Shown here: one piece after another, positions 28,595 through 38,586 of the stretch | How positions within the stretch are numbered: position 1 is the stretch's first letter | Layout of the letters: the number at the start of each line of letters is the position of its first letter | Assembly: GCA_040903985.1 (NCBI GenBank) | Contig: JBBDUI010000002.1 | Location: forward strand, 104,204-168,203 | Origin: Candidatus Saccharimonadales bacterium | GTDB taxonomy: Bacteria > Patescibacteriota > Saccharimonadia > QS-5-54-17 | Direction of reading: 5' to 3' | DNA length: 64,000 bases | Notes under the pieces: model-generated | Database searches by the model: none | Seen by the model: only the letters and a program-made list of their open reading frames with translations | What the model was told of the DNA's origin: nothing | Translations under genes and position numbers: made by a program

Positions 28595-31254
28595 TGAATG
28601 TAATTTTCGAGATTATCTTTACGCTCATCCAATTCCTGGGCCGCCTACTGTTTGACTGGAATGGCTGGATTCTAGTAGTGGGCATTCTAGCTTACCTAAT
28701 CTGGCAAAACACCCGCAAACAACGCTGGGTGAGTGACTCCAGCTATGCACTGCTAATGCTGGAGGTCCCGCGGGACAACGACAAGCGCGAACTGTCAGCC
28801 GAGCAGTTATTTGCCAGCCTACACGGTATCCTGCGCCCCAAGCAGGAGCTACTGCGTGAAGGAGCGATCCAGGAGCACATCAGTTTCGAAATCGCTTCGG
28901 TTGGACAGCGAATCCGTTTTTATATCTGGACGCCACACCACTTGAAAAACTTCGTCGAAGGACAGGTATATGCTCAGTACCCTAGCGTAAATATCCTCGA
29001 GATTACCGAAGATTACGCCCGGACCGAGCAACCAGAGGACTCCTACACTCAGTCGGTCGAGCTAACGCTACAAAACAGCGACTACCTGCCAATCCGCACC
29101 TTTAATAGTTTCGAGGTCGACCCTTTAGGCGGGATTACCGCCGTACTAGCTAAGCTGGAAGAGAACGACGAGCAGGTCTGGATTCAGGTACTGGCCCGAC
29201 CATTAGAAGACAGCTGGCACCGCAAAGGTGAGGCCTTCATTAATAAGGTTAGAAATGGCCGAGCCGGTAGTAGTGATGTAGCTGGCGATTTCTTAGCCAG
29301 TTTGCAGCGACTACTACGAGATTTCTTCGTAGCCCTCTGGCGACCACCGGAAGGTGATGGAGGGGCCGGAAAAAAACCGGAGATCTCCGATCAGCAAAAG
29401 GCGATGGCTCAAGCCGCCAGCGATAAGATCTCAAAATTAGGCTACGAGGTTACTATCCGCCTACTTCACACCGGTAACGACAAAAATCTGGCCCGACTAC
29501 GTATCCAGGCTTTAGTCGGCGCCTTCAAGCAGTTTAACGACACCACCAATAGCTTCAAGGTGAAGAAGACCTACTACCAGGATGATGCGCTCTCCCGCTA
29601 TAAGGCTCGCTTGTTTATTGATAAAGGTATTATCTTAAATATCGAGGAGCTAGCCAGCCTGTACCACTTACCTCATTCTAATGTCGAGACCCCTAGCATG
29701 GTCTGGGCTAATTCCCGTACAGCCGAACCACCATCAAATCTGCCCACCACTAAGGACGTACCGGGCGATCAGCTTAGCCCCTTGGGTACTACCAATTTCC
29801 GCGGCCACAACCGCCAGTTCGGCCTCAAGCGTAACGACCGTGGCCGGCACACCTACGTGGTAGGGCAGACCGGAACCGGTAAATCCTACTCCTTATTACT
29901 ACTCGCTCTCTCCGATATCTACCATGATCATGGCTTCGCTGTCATCGACCCCCATGGCGACCTTGCTACCGATGTCCTACGCTACATACCGGAACATCGA
30001 GTAAAAGATGTAGTCTATTTTAACCCTTCAGATACCGATTTTCCCATCGCTTTTAACCCACTAGAAGTCACCGATCCTAGCCTTAAAAACCACATCTCAT
30101 CAGAGGTAGTGGGCGCACTTAAACGTATGTTTGGCTACTCCTGGGGTCCCCGGCTTGAGTACATCTTACGCTATACGATCTTAGCCCTGTTAGATTCGCC
30201 TAATTCGACCCTACTAGGTATCACCCGTATGCTGACTGAGAAAGACTTCCGAGCCGATGTTATAGCCAAGGTAAAAGACCCGGTGGTACGTAACTTTTGG
30301 GTTAACGAATTCGCCTCATGGAACGAAAAGTTCGCCTCTGAAGCCGTAGCCCCAATCCTAAACAAGGTCGGTGCCTTCACCGCTAATCCCTTGATTCGTA
30401 ACATCATCGGTCAGCCGACCAGCGCCTTTAACGTGCGAGCCATGATGGATGAAGGCAAGATATTAATCGTTAACCTCTCTCGCGGTCAGGTAGGGGAGGA
30501 CAACGCTGCCACCCTGGGGGCTTTGATGGTGACGAAGATCCAGCTGGCAGCTATGTCTCGAGCTAGCATTGCCCGCATTGAAGACCGCCGGCCCTTCCAA
30601 CTCTACGTCGACGAATTCCAGAACTTTGCCACCGACTCCTTCGCCGTGATTCTATCCGAAGCACGCAAGTACGGCCTCAACCTAACCATCGCTAATCAAT
30701 ACATCTCACAGATGCCCCAAGAGGTGCGCGACGCCGTTTTCGGTAACGTCGGTAGTATCATATCCTTCCGAGTCAGTGCTGATGATGCACCATATCTCGC
30801 CAAATACTTTGCGCCCACCTTCGAAGGGGAGGACCTGATTAAGCTTAATAACCGCCACTTCGTCATTAGTATGAGCATCGACGGAGAAAAAGTTCCGGCC
30901 TTTACCGCTCTCTCGCTCAATGTACCGGCCAGTGAGTCCGATTTTATCCCCCAGATTATCACTGAGACGCGTAATAACTTCAGTTCTTCCCGGGCCGATG
31001 TCGAGGCCCAGATCAACGCCTGGGCCGAGCCAAAGCGAGGCAGTGAAGGGGCCAGACAACCCCAAGCTCAAGCAAACGGTGGCCGTTCACCCCGTCATTC
31101 CCAGCAAAAGCCATCAGAGAAAGCTCAGCGCTCCACCAAACAGCCCCAGCACGTCCCCAAGACACAGTCCCACCGTACCACTCCGGCCACCGAACCGGCC
31201 CCGGATGGCAAGATCAACCATGGTGAGGTGATCCGGCTACGCAAACGTCCCTAA
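28594..31254 (+). CDS. VirD4/TraD-like membrane-anchored ATPase (type IV coupling protein family)
   Basis: GQTGTGKS, IDPHGDL, LYVDEFQNF, SEARKY...ANQY, GNVGS; N-terminal TM. Confidence 0.9.
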   Translation: MNVIFEIIFTLIQFLGRLLFDWNGWILVVGILAYLIWQNTRKQRWVSDSSYALLMLEVPRDNDKRELSAEQLFASLHGILRPKQELLREGAIQEHISFEIASVGQRIRFYIWTPHHLKNFVEGQVYAQYPSVNILEITEDYARTEQPEDSYTQSVELTLQNSDYLPIRTFNSFEVDPLGGITAVLAKLEENDEQVWIQVLARPLEDSWHRKGEAFINKVRNGRAGSSDVAGDFLASLQRLLRDFFVALWRPPEGDGGAGKKPEISDQQKAMAQAASDKISKLGYEVTIRLLHTGNDKNLARLRIQALVGAFKQFNDTTNSFKVKKTYYQDDALSRYKARLFIDKGIILNIEELASLYHLPHSNVETPSMVWANSRTAEPPSNLPTTKDVPGDQLSPLGTTNFRGHNRQFGLKRNDRGRHTYVVGQTGTGKSYSLLLLALSDIYHDHGFAVIDPHGDLATDVLRYIPEHRVKDVVYFNPSDTDFPIAFNPLEVTDPSLKNHISSEVVGALKRMFGYSWGPRLEYILRYTILALLDSPNSTLLGITRMLTEKDFRADVIAKVKDPVVRNFWVNEFASWNEKFASEAVAPILNKVGAFTANPLIRNIIGQPTSAFNVRAMMDEGKILIVNLSRGQVGEDNAATLGALMVTKIQLAAMSRASIARIEDRRPFQLYVDEFQNFATDSFAVILSEARKYGLNLTIANQYISQMPQEVRDAVFGNVGSIISFRVSADDAPYLAKYFAPTFEGEDLIKLNNRHFVISMSIDGEKVPAFTALSLNVPASESDFIPQIITETRNNFSSSRADVEAQINAWAEPKRGSEGARQPQAQANGGRSPRHSQQKPSEKAQRSTKQPQHVPKTQSHRTTPATEPAPDGKINHGEVIRLRKRP

Positions 31255-32090
31255 AATCAGGCTGAGTTCTAGAGAGTAGTAGTTAGGTAGCAGAGGTCTT
31301 ACATAACTAGAAAAGATAAACTTATAAGTTCTGGAACGTTAAGTTACGTCTCTACCCGGTCCTGAAGAAATCGATATTTTATAAGTGTGAGATACTATGA
31401 ATTGAGTGTATGGGTGTTTGTAATTTGTTCGGTTTCAGTAGAAATAGCTAATTTACAGGGGTCATCTGGCTGATTGGATCTAAAATGGCTATAGGGGTGG
31501 TCATCTGTTAATTATCAGGCGATTGAGACGCAGCGAAGACCCAAACAGATAATATAAACCCTAAGAGGCAGATTTGCTCGCCATAACGCATGGAAGCATA
31601 GCCAAGGTCCGAAGTGGTTAGGAAAGAGTGGAGTGGCTTGATTCGAACGGAGCATAATCCAGAAGAAAGGTCAGAGTGATCCGCCAGCCAGACGGAGAGA
31701 AGGTAAACTCGAACGTGAATGTAGTGCGTAATGCTACGTCGCACAATGTATATTTTGCGAAGCTTGAATATAGTGTCCATACACGACTCAATACACCTAG
31801 GCTCTAGGGCACTACCGACGAGAATAGGGGGCTGTTAAGCCTTTAACGCTCCTCCGGCAACTACACTGTAGTCTTTAACTCACTCCCTTAGTGGTCGCAC
31901 TGAGCTCTGAATTCAACTCGCGTAATAACCACTAGCCCCAGCCTGTAGCCTGACTACCCGCTGGGGCCTCAGGCACTGGGTAAAATGTGATGTACGTCAC
32001 AGTTTTCCACAGCTCGGAGTCAAATATACTATGACCATTTTATTTGACAACTACCCCCTTCTATCCTCTCCTACTCCCCCTCCCTTATAT

Positions 32091-32119
32091 TTGACACTAA
32101 CAATTTCTGTATTTATAAT
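32091..32119 (+). promoter_or_regulatory. Consensus sigma70 promoter facing antisense into ftsQ
   Basis: TTGACA-17-TATAAT. Confidence 0.75.
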
Positions 32120-32156
32120 ATGTTTTTTCTGCACTTAGCCCATTAACGAAAAATAT

Positions 32157-32172
32157 GAACAATAACCGAACA
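32157..32172. promoter_or_regulatory. GAAC-N7-GAAC operator-like repeat, copy 2
   Basis: Identical 16-mer to 23432-23447. Confidence 0.5.
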
Positions 32173-32191
32173 AAGGTAGGAGAGTGGGAGA

Positions 32192-32965
32192 CTAGCGCCA
32201 ATAGACCTTATACGGCAAGCGGACATCGATATACTGCCGAATGGTCTCGCCCTGTTCGGCCGCTTGAGCCTGTACGCGGGCGATATTGTCCAACTGCACC
32301 GCTATATCCTCTTGTGTGGCAAAACGAATCTGATAACCCGCCGCTAGAGTTACGTGTAGTTCGCTAGTCGTCTCGAGTACACGAAGCTCGGTCCAGTCTA
32401 GTCGGCTGTCGACAATCGCCTGGACAAAACTAATAAAGTTATCGGGTACAACCTGTCTCCCTAACTCCACCGGAAGATTAGCCGCATCCCGTACTAGCGG
32501 CAGCTCAGTTGATGCATCACGAGTGATAGCGACACCATTACGATCGAGCAAATAGACCTCTTCCCCACTCTGCCACTGTAGGCTGGGCTCATGTTCTACC
32601 GCAGTCAATTGGAGCGTACGCTGATGCCACTGTCGCTGTAACTCAAAAGCAGCGATGGAATCGCTATACTTACCAGCTAGCTCTTCCAAGGACGCTTCAC
32701 TCACCTGCCACTGAAAGTTAAATCGGCTTTCGGCTGTCACCTGCACCTCACGCTCGAGGTCAGGATCCAAATCACTGATCACCTCAATCGAAGTGATGAA
32801 GCTGTACCAGCCCACCAGCCCGAGCACTACTAAGAGCAAGACGGCGGCCGCTTGAGCCGGCCACGAGACGGAGCGTGAAGCTTTGGCCGCTGCCTTGCCC
32901 CGATGGTAGGTCGCTTGAAACTGGGGTTTGGCCTCTGGACTAGGACGGCGACGGGCGCGGGCCAT
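32192..32965 (-). CDS. ftsQ: FtsQ/DivIB-like cell division protein
   Basis: Basic N-terminus, single TM, YLLDRNG, ends YIDVRLPYKVYWR; follows murG. Confidence 0.75.
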   Translation of the reverse strand: MARARRRPSPEAKPQFQATYHRGKAAAKASRSVSWPAQAAAVLLLVVLGLVGWYSFITSIEVISDLDPDLEREVQVTAESRFNFQWQVSEASLEELAGKYSDSIAAFELQRQWHQRTLQLTAVEHEPSLQWQSGEEVYLLDRNGVAITRDASTELPLVRDAANLPVELGRQVVPDNFISFVQAIVDSRLDWTELRVLETTSELHVTLAAGYQIRFATQEDIAVQLDNIARVQAQAAEQGETIRQYIDVRLPYKVYWR

Positions 32966-34059
32966 TACTCTTCACCTTCTGCCGAGTAGGGCTCTAATAC
33001 CATGGTAGCAATCCGCTCAGCCGCATCAGCGCGGGCAAAAGCTGAGATACGCTCCTGTAGTTGAGTCCGGTATCCACTGTCACTAGTCAGACGCTCCAAA
33101 GTATCAGCTAGATGCTGCGGGTCTAACTCACTCTGGGGTAGTAGTACAATAGCCCCATGTTCAGCAAGTGCTAAGGCATTCTGGTGTTGATGGTTACCGC
33201 TCAAACTAGGATGCGGTACGATCAAGCTAACCTTACGCAGAGCGGCCAGTTCCGCTAGCGTGTTAGCCCCAGCCCGAGCGATTACGACGTCAGCCAGCTG
33301 CAGAGCTGCTGCCATCTCTTCCAGTAGAAACGGATACTGGTGGTAGTGCGGTCTACTGAGTGCAGCCGTTTTATTATCCCCGGTGATATGAATGATCTCA
33401 AAACGATCAGTAATCTCAGCTAATCGAGTAACGCAGCTATTCAAACTCTCGGAGCCCAGACTACCGCCCACGGCTAAGATGACCGGTTTATCGCTAGCGA
33501 TACCGAAACTAGCCCGTGAGGGTGAGGCCGCTTCTAGCAGCTCGATGCGAATGGGATTACCTAAGTTCACGTAGCCGGGCAGCGGAAAACCACTGATTCG
33601 ATAGGGCGTCAGCCGAGATAGCAATCGGTTGGCCAGACCCGGAACCGAGTCTGACTCGTGGATTACAAAGGGAATACGTAAGCACCAGGCCGCTAAACCG
33701 ACCGGCACACCGACATAACCACCCTTGATGAAGATGCGCTCGGGCCGAAGGCGAATCAGCAAAGCCAGACTCTGTAGCAGACCGATACCGACCCGTACCA
33801 AATCACGCACGTTGAACCAAAGTGTCTTGAGATCAAGCCAACGCTGCCGCCGAGTGCGGTTATGATAACGGCGAACCTTACCGGCCTTGATCTGGTGAAG
33901 ATGAACGCCGCTTGAGGCCATCAGCTCTCGCTCCCGCCGTTCACCGAGGCCGATATAGTGAATATCTACCGTTTTAGCTTGAGATTTGAGGGCTCGGACG
34001 ACGGCTAGAATGGGTGTTATGTGCCCGCCGCTGCCCCCGCCTGCGACTACGATCCGCAT
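32965..34059 (-). CDS. murG: MurG glycosyltransferase
   Basis: GGGSGGHI, HESDSVPGLAN, GNPIR, GGSLGS, RAGA, HQHQNA. Confidence 0.95.
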   Translation of the reverse strand: MRIVVAGGGSGGHITPILAVVRALKSQAKTVDIHYIGLGERRERELMASSGVHLHQIKAGKVRRYHNRTRRQRWLDLKTLWFNVRDLVRVGIGLLQSLALLIRLRPERIFIKGGYVGVPVGLAAWCLRIPFVIHESDSVPGLANRLLSRLTPYRISGFPLPGYVNLGNPIRIELLEAASPSRASFGIASDKPVILAVGGSLGSESLNSCVTRLAEITDRFEIIHITGDNKTAALSRPHYHQYPFLLEEMAAALQLADVVIARAGANTLAELAALRKVSLIVPHPSLSGNHQHQNALALAEHGAIVLLPQSELDPQHLADTLERLTSDSGYRTQLQERISAFARADAAERIATMVLEPYSAEGEE

Positions 34060-35242
34060 GGGGTCTCCTTACTGTATATTTCGAAACATTTACTACGATA
34101 CCGAGAGCCGCCAGCATGAATACTAGACTACTGCCTCCATAACTGACGAACGGTAGTGGAATACCGGTTAAAGGTATAATACCAAGCATGGCCATCATAT
34201 TCACCGTTGCCTGCATTCCGAGCCAGACCGTAATACCCACTACCAGCAGTTGAGAAAACCGATCCGGAGCGTTCTCAGCCACGCGCAGCATCCGATAAAT
34301 CAGCAGACAGAAGAGGATGATTATAGTGCTGGCTCCGATAAAACCAAACATCTCACCGATAATAGCGAAGATCGAATCGTTAGCAGCCTCCGGTAAGTAA
34401 CCATAAACCTGAATACTCCGTCCCAAGCCTAAGCCGAAAAGACCACCGGAGCCGATAGCGATTAAGGCCTGATGTAAGTGATAACCGGTCTCAGCCAGAT
34501 TCTCGCTAGGACTGAAGAAGGTCCGGACTCGCTCCATCCGGTGGGGAAAAAGAACAATGTTAAGTAGCCCAAAGGCCGAACCTGCCCCGAGCAAGATAGC
34601 TAGCTGCTGCCAGCGCACCCCGCTCATAAAAAATACCGCCACCACGATACTAGAGATTACCAACATCGTACCCATATCTTTCTGGTGGATGAGCACAAAA
34701 ATCGAAACGATACCGAGCAAGATAACTACCGGCCAGAGCGTCAATTTATAGTTAGCCAACTCACTATCCTTCACCCGGGTAAACCAGCTAGCAACCAGGA
34801 CGGCAACGGTCAGCTTGATCAGTTCGGCCGGTTGAAAACTAAGCGGACCAAGACCTACCCAGCGTGTAGCGCCCTTCTCAGTGATAGCGACACCCGGAAT
34901 GAACATCAGTAGCAAAGCCACTCCGGTTCCGATTAGGAGTAACGGCAAGAGCTGAGTACGCCAGCGCGACCAGTGAATCCGACTAAAGATAAAAAAGGCT
35001 ACCAGAGCCACTCCGATATTACGTAGCTGGCCGTACATAAAGTAGTTGCGATTAACATCATCGACCAGCTTATGAGATAGAATCGGGCTAACAGCATAGA
35101 TGACAACTAGGCCCAGCAGGGTCAGAAGCAAAGTTATAAGGATTAGGCTGACGTCAGCCCGATGACGACGGCCCGCTCCAACTACCCCATCTGAACTACT
35201 GCCTCGTCTAATTAACTGGCGGGCAGAATAAGCAGGTTTCAC
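33974..35242 (-). CDS. ftsW: SEDS peptidoglycan glycosyltransferase FtsW
   Basis: GATRW, FQPAE, QKDMG, LPEAANDSIF, TGIPLPFVSYGGSS; likely GTG start overlapping the mraY stop. Confidence 0.93.
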   Translation of the reverse strand: MKPAYSARQLIRRGSSSDGVVGAGRRHRADVSLILITLLLTLLGLVVIYAVSPILSHKLVDDVNRNYFMYGQLRNIGVALVAFFIFSRIHWSRWRTQLLPLLLIGTGVALLLMFIPGVAITEKGATRWVGLGPLSFQPAELIKLTVAVLVASWFTRVKDSELANYKLTLWPVVILLGIVSIFVLIHQKDMGTMLVISSIVVAVFFMSGVRWQQLAILLGAGSAFGLLNIVLFPHRMERVRTFFSPSENLAETGYHLHQALIAIGSGGLFGLGLGRSIQVYGYLPEAANDSIFAIIGEMFGFIGASTIIILFCLLIYRMLRVAENAPDRFSQLLVVGITVWLGMQATVNMMAMLGIIPLTGIPLPFVSYGGSSLVFMLAALGIVVNVSKYTVRRPHADRSRRRGQRRAHNTHSSRRPSPQISS

Positions 35243-36276
35243 AACTGTCCGCCGAGAACGGCTATCACCAATCCCAGCATGGCTAACATCGCTCCTAGAA
35301 TCCAAAAACGCATCGTAACTTTAGTTTCTGGCCAGCCGATAGCCTCGAAATGGTGGTGTACCGGAGCGGAGAGGAAGATCTTTCGTTTAAAGATTTTCTT
35401 CGACATAATCTGAAGGCTACTGGAAGCGATCTCTAACACGAAGATACCGGCTATAATAGGTAGCAGCAGTACAGTGTCAGTTAAAAGCGCCACCACCGCC
35501 AGTGTAGTACCGAGAGCAAAAGAACCGACATCACCCATAAAGAAGCGAGCAGGATGGATGTTAAACCAGGTATAGGACAAGAGCGATCCGACCACGGTAG
35601 CACAGAAGATAGCGATACCGAAGTTACCCTGCACCATAGCGATAACGGTATAAACCATAAAGACTATGGCTAATAATCCACCGGCTAGCCCGTCAAGACC
35701 ATCGGTGATGTTGACCGCATTGGCGGTCGATACAATGACAAAGATGAAGAGCGGAATAATCAACCAGCCGAGCGAGATAGTATCAAAGAACGGCACTGAC
35801 AACGAAGTATAACCCAGCTTAGTGTAGGCATAAACACTTAAGACAGTGGCGATCGAGAGGATGAGACTGAATTTAATCGGTGTACGAAGCCCAGCCATAC
35901 CGGTGTTCTGGCCGCGGATGTTGATAAAATCGTCGATTAGCCCGACTCCCCCTGCCGTGATTAGAGCCGCCAGGGGTAGTAATGTCTGGGCCGTACTAAG
36001 GTTAAATAGCACCGTAATCAAGGAGATTGCTACCACCATGATCACACCGGCCATCGTCGGGATATGACGTTTGTGCTTAGCGGCGTGAAGCTTATGAAAA
36101 ACTGGTGCCTTCTCTCCAGTGGTGGCAGTGTCCCGAATTCGCTTCCAAGCTTTATACTTATAGGCTAGATGAGTATAGATAGGGGTTAGAGCCATTGAGA
36201 CCAGAAATCCGGCAAAAGCAGCCAAGGTAATCTCGAGTAATATAGGCTCTATGGAGGCGAAGTCTAAGTTTTGCAT
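35239..36276 (-). CDS. mraY: Phospho-N-acetylmuramoyl-pentapeptide transferase
   Basis: PTMAG, NAVNITDGLDGL, FMGDVGS, APVHHHFE. Confidence 0.97.
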   Translation of the reverse strand: MQNLDFASIEPILLEITLAAFAGFLVSMALTPIYTHLAYKYKAWKRIRDTATTGEKAPVFHKLHAAKHKRHIPTMAGVIMVVAISLITVLFNLSTAQTLLPLAALITAGGVGLIDDFINIRGQNTGMAGLRTPIKFSLILSIATVLSVYAYTKLGYTSLSVPFFDTISLGWLIIPLFIFVIVSTANAVNITDGLDGLAGGLLAIVFMVYTVIAMVQGNFGIAIFCATVVGSLLSYTWFNIHPARFFMGDVGSFALGTTLAVVALLTDTVLLLPIIAGIFVLEIASSSLQIMSKKIFKRKIFLSAPVHHHFEAIGWPETKVTMRFWILGAMLAMLGLVIAVLGGQL

Positions 36277-36327
36277 AATGTTGATTTTACTGCCTTACTA
36301 ATACCTGTTAATTATAACATAATTCGT

Positions 36328-38043
36328 TTATTCCGAGGGTATGCCGGCGTATTTAACCAGCCAATCGATAATGTCAGCAAAGACCGGTCCAGCCCCACCG
36401 GAACCAGCGTAGGTGACATTATGTGGATCATCGATCCGTACCATCATGATGTAACGCGGGTTATCTACCGGCGCGAACCCGATGAAAGACCCGATGTATT
36501 CACCGTCCAGATAACCACCATCTGGGCTTGGGATCTCCGAAGTACCTGTCTTCCCGCCTACCTTATGCTCAGGAATTAGTCGCGTAATCGCCCAACCACC
36601 ACCTTTCTGCACCGAATCATCCATCATCCGACGAATACTAGCCGTGGTGCTGTCGGTCACTACTGACTCCCCTACCACCTCCGGCTCAGTATCGATCACT
36701 GTACCGTCGGGCGCAATCTCATAGTCCACCAGATGAGGCCGATACATCGTACCACCGTTAATCACGGCTGCCATCGAAGTGGTCATTCTAACCATAGTAG
36801 TGGCAATTCCCTGGCCGAAGGTCATGTTGGCATAGTTAACCGCTCCCACCGACTCTGGAGTATTCATGTGCAGCTCCGGCTCACCGGGCTGTTCGATGTC
36901 GGTACGAGTCGTAAGCTGCAGATTACCGGTGAAAAAACTGTGTAGGGCCGTCTTAGCCTGGGTGTTTATCTCGCCACCGCCTAGCCGTTCCAGAATATAT
37001 ACGACCCCAGTGTTGATCGACTCGATGATGATGTCAGTCATCGATTTAGTTCGATCTCCCCCACCTTCGGTATTGCGAATCACAGCATCATCAACCTTAA
37101 CCGCCCCGGCATCATAGAAGGTCTCTTCCTCGTCGATCGCGCCACCATTGAGTCCGGCCGCCATAGTAAAAACCTTGAAGCCGGATCCGGGCTCAAACGT
37201 ACCGGTAGCAGCCACGTTAGAAAAGCGACTGTAATCTTCAACTTCGCTGTACTTATTCGGGTCGAAACTCGGATAGTTGGCCATAGCCACTACCTCACCG
37301 CTATTCGGATCCATGATGACAGCGTGAGCCGAGCGAGCGCTTGTCGCCTTAACGTGCTCAGCTAGCACACTCTCCACCTTGGCCTGAACATTACGATCGA
37401 TGGTTAAGTAAATGTCACTACCGTGCTGCGGTGCACGCTGAATATTATCACTAGTAGCGATTGGTACCCCGTTGGAATCGGTTTCAATATCAAACAATCC
37501 TGGCGTTCCGCTGAGTGAGGAGTCAAGGTACTCTTCGATACCATACTGACCCTCGCCGTCAGTATTGACAAAGCCCATCACCTGAGAGGCAAGACTACCC
37601 TCAGGATAAACCCTACGGTAGTTATCACTTAGGCCGATACCTGATATTTCTAGCTCCTCGATAGCCTGAGCGGCTTCAAGGGTGATTTCCCGCTCCAATC
37701 GCACGTAGCCATCAGCTGCCGTCAACTGCTCTGAGTAATCACGGCCTAAAGCTGCTTCCAGCCCGCTCACTACATCATCGAGATCAAATATATAACGGGT
37801 GTCGGCATAAAGCGTCTTAAGATTACGATTCATCGCCAATGGTACCGGCTCACCGCGGTCATAAGCATAAATTCGACCGCGCTGAGGGGCAATCTCGAAC
37901 TTCCGACTGTGTGACTGGCTAGCTAGAACACTAAAGTAGTCGTGCCGCACTAGCTGCAGATAACCTAAGCGCAGCAGCACTACTCCGGCGAGCGCTAAAA
38001 AAATAAGACCAATAACTTGTAGGCGTGACTGATTATCTATCAT
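36328..38043 (-). CDS. ftsI: Class B penicillin-binding protein (FtsI-like)
   Basis: RGRIY, RVYPEG, EPGSGFK (SxxK), SIN (SxN), KTGT. Confidence 0.92.
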   Translation of the reverse strand: MIDNQSRLQVIGLIFLALAGVVLLRLGYLQLVRHDYFSVLASQSHSRKFEIAPQRGRIYAYDRGEPVPLAMNRNLKTLYADTRYIFDLDDVVSGLEAALGRDYSEQLTAADGYVRLEREITLEAAQAIEELEISGIGLSDNYRRVYPEGSLASQVMGFVNTDGEGQYGIEEYLDSSLSGTPGLFDIETDSNGVPIATSDNIQRAPQHGSDIYLTIDRNVQAKVESVLAEHVKATSARSAHAVIMDPNSGEVVAMANYPSFDPNKYSEVEDYSRFSNVAATGTFEPGSGFKVFTMAAGLNGGAIDEEETFYDAGAVKVDDAVIRNTEGGGDRTKSMTDIIIESINTGVVYILERLGGGEINTQAKTALHSFFTGNLQLTTRTDIEQPGEPELHMNTPESVGAVNYANMTFGQGIATTMVRMTTSMAAVINGGTMYRPHLVDYEIAPDGTVIDTEPEVVGESVVTDSTTASIRRMMDDSVQKGGGWAITRLIPEHKVGGKTGTSEIPSPDGGYLDGEYIGSFIGFAPVDNPRYIMMVRIDDPHNVTYAGSGGAGPVFADIIDWLVKYAGIPSE

Positions 38044-38383
38044 AGGAGACGTTGGCTTCCGGGACTAACCCGGCGGTAGCACTAGCACTTTCGATCCGAG
38101 CAACCGACTGCAGACGAGCCGCCTCTACCTGCAACTCCTGCTGCTCCTCTATCAACGTAGCCTGCTGCTGGCTTAACTCATTGATTTCATACCCGTAGAC
38201 GCTGGTTTTAGTGATTTGCGTCAAGTACAGCAGTGCTAGAACCCCGATAATAATAGCTAAGAATAAGGTCGATGTCACGGGTCCGAGGTGCTGCGAGGCA
38301 CGATAGCCGCCGAGCTGAGAGTTGCGACCTACTCGCCGTTGGCGGGAGGCTCTAGACTGGACTAATGCCTGTTGATAATACAT
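38033..38383 (-). CDS. ftsL: FtsL-like protein
   Basis: Single TM plus coiled coil, between rsmH and ftsI. Confidence 0.7.
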   Translation of the reverse strand: MYYQQALVQSRASRQRRVGRNSQLGGYRASQHLGPVTSTLFLAIIIGVLALLYLTQITKTSVYGYEINELSQQQATLIEEQQELQVEAARLQSVARIESASATAGLVPEANVSYDR

Positions 38384-38502
38384 ATGTTTGTTTTCCTGTT
38401 TTGTTTCCTGCTAGAGCAAGGATTAGTTTGGTTTTTATTTTTATCGTTTTAGGTTATGTCACCTAGCTGCGGAAGTAGAGTTCCACAGCTAGGCGTTCAG
38501 GC

Positions 38503-38586
38503 CTACGCCCGAACTAAGCTTAGAACTTTGACTTCGACTTTTTGTGCTCGTAGGCTGTTGCCGAGAGCTTTTACTTTAATGGCCAT
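38503..38586 (-). CDS. 27-aa micro-ORF between rsmH and ftsL, absent from the ORF track
   Basis: AGGAGGT-AAGAA-ATG; MAIKVKALGNSLRAQKVEVKVLSLVRA; followed by a 13-bp hairpin at 38462-38493. Confidence 0.6.
   Translation of the reverse strand: MAIKVKALGNSLRAQKVEVKVLSLVRA

Noticed and set aside
31508-31780. 90-aa minus-strand ORF in the large intergenic region
   Set aside because: Atypical composition, no motif and no clear promoter or SD site; left as unexplained non-coding DNA
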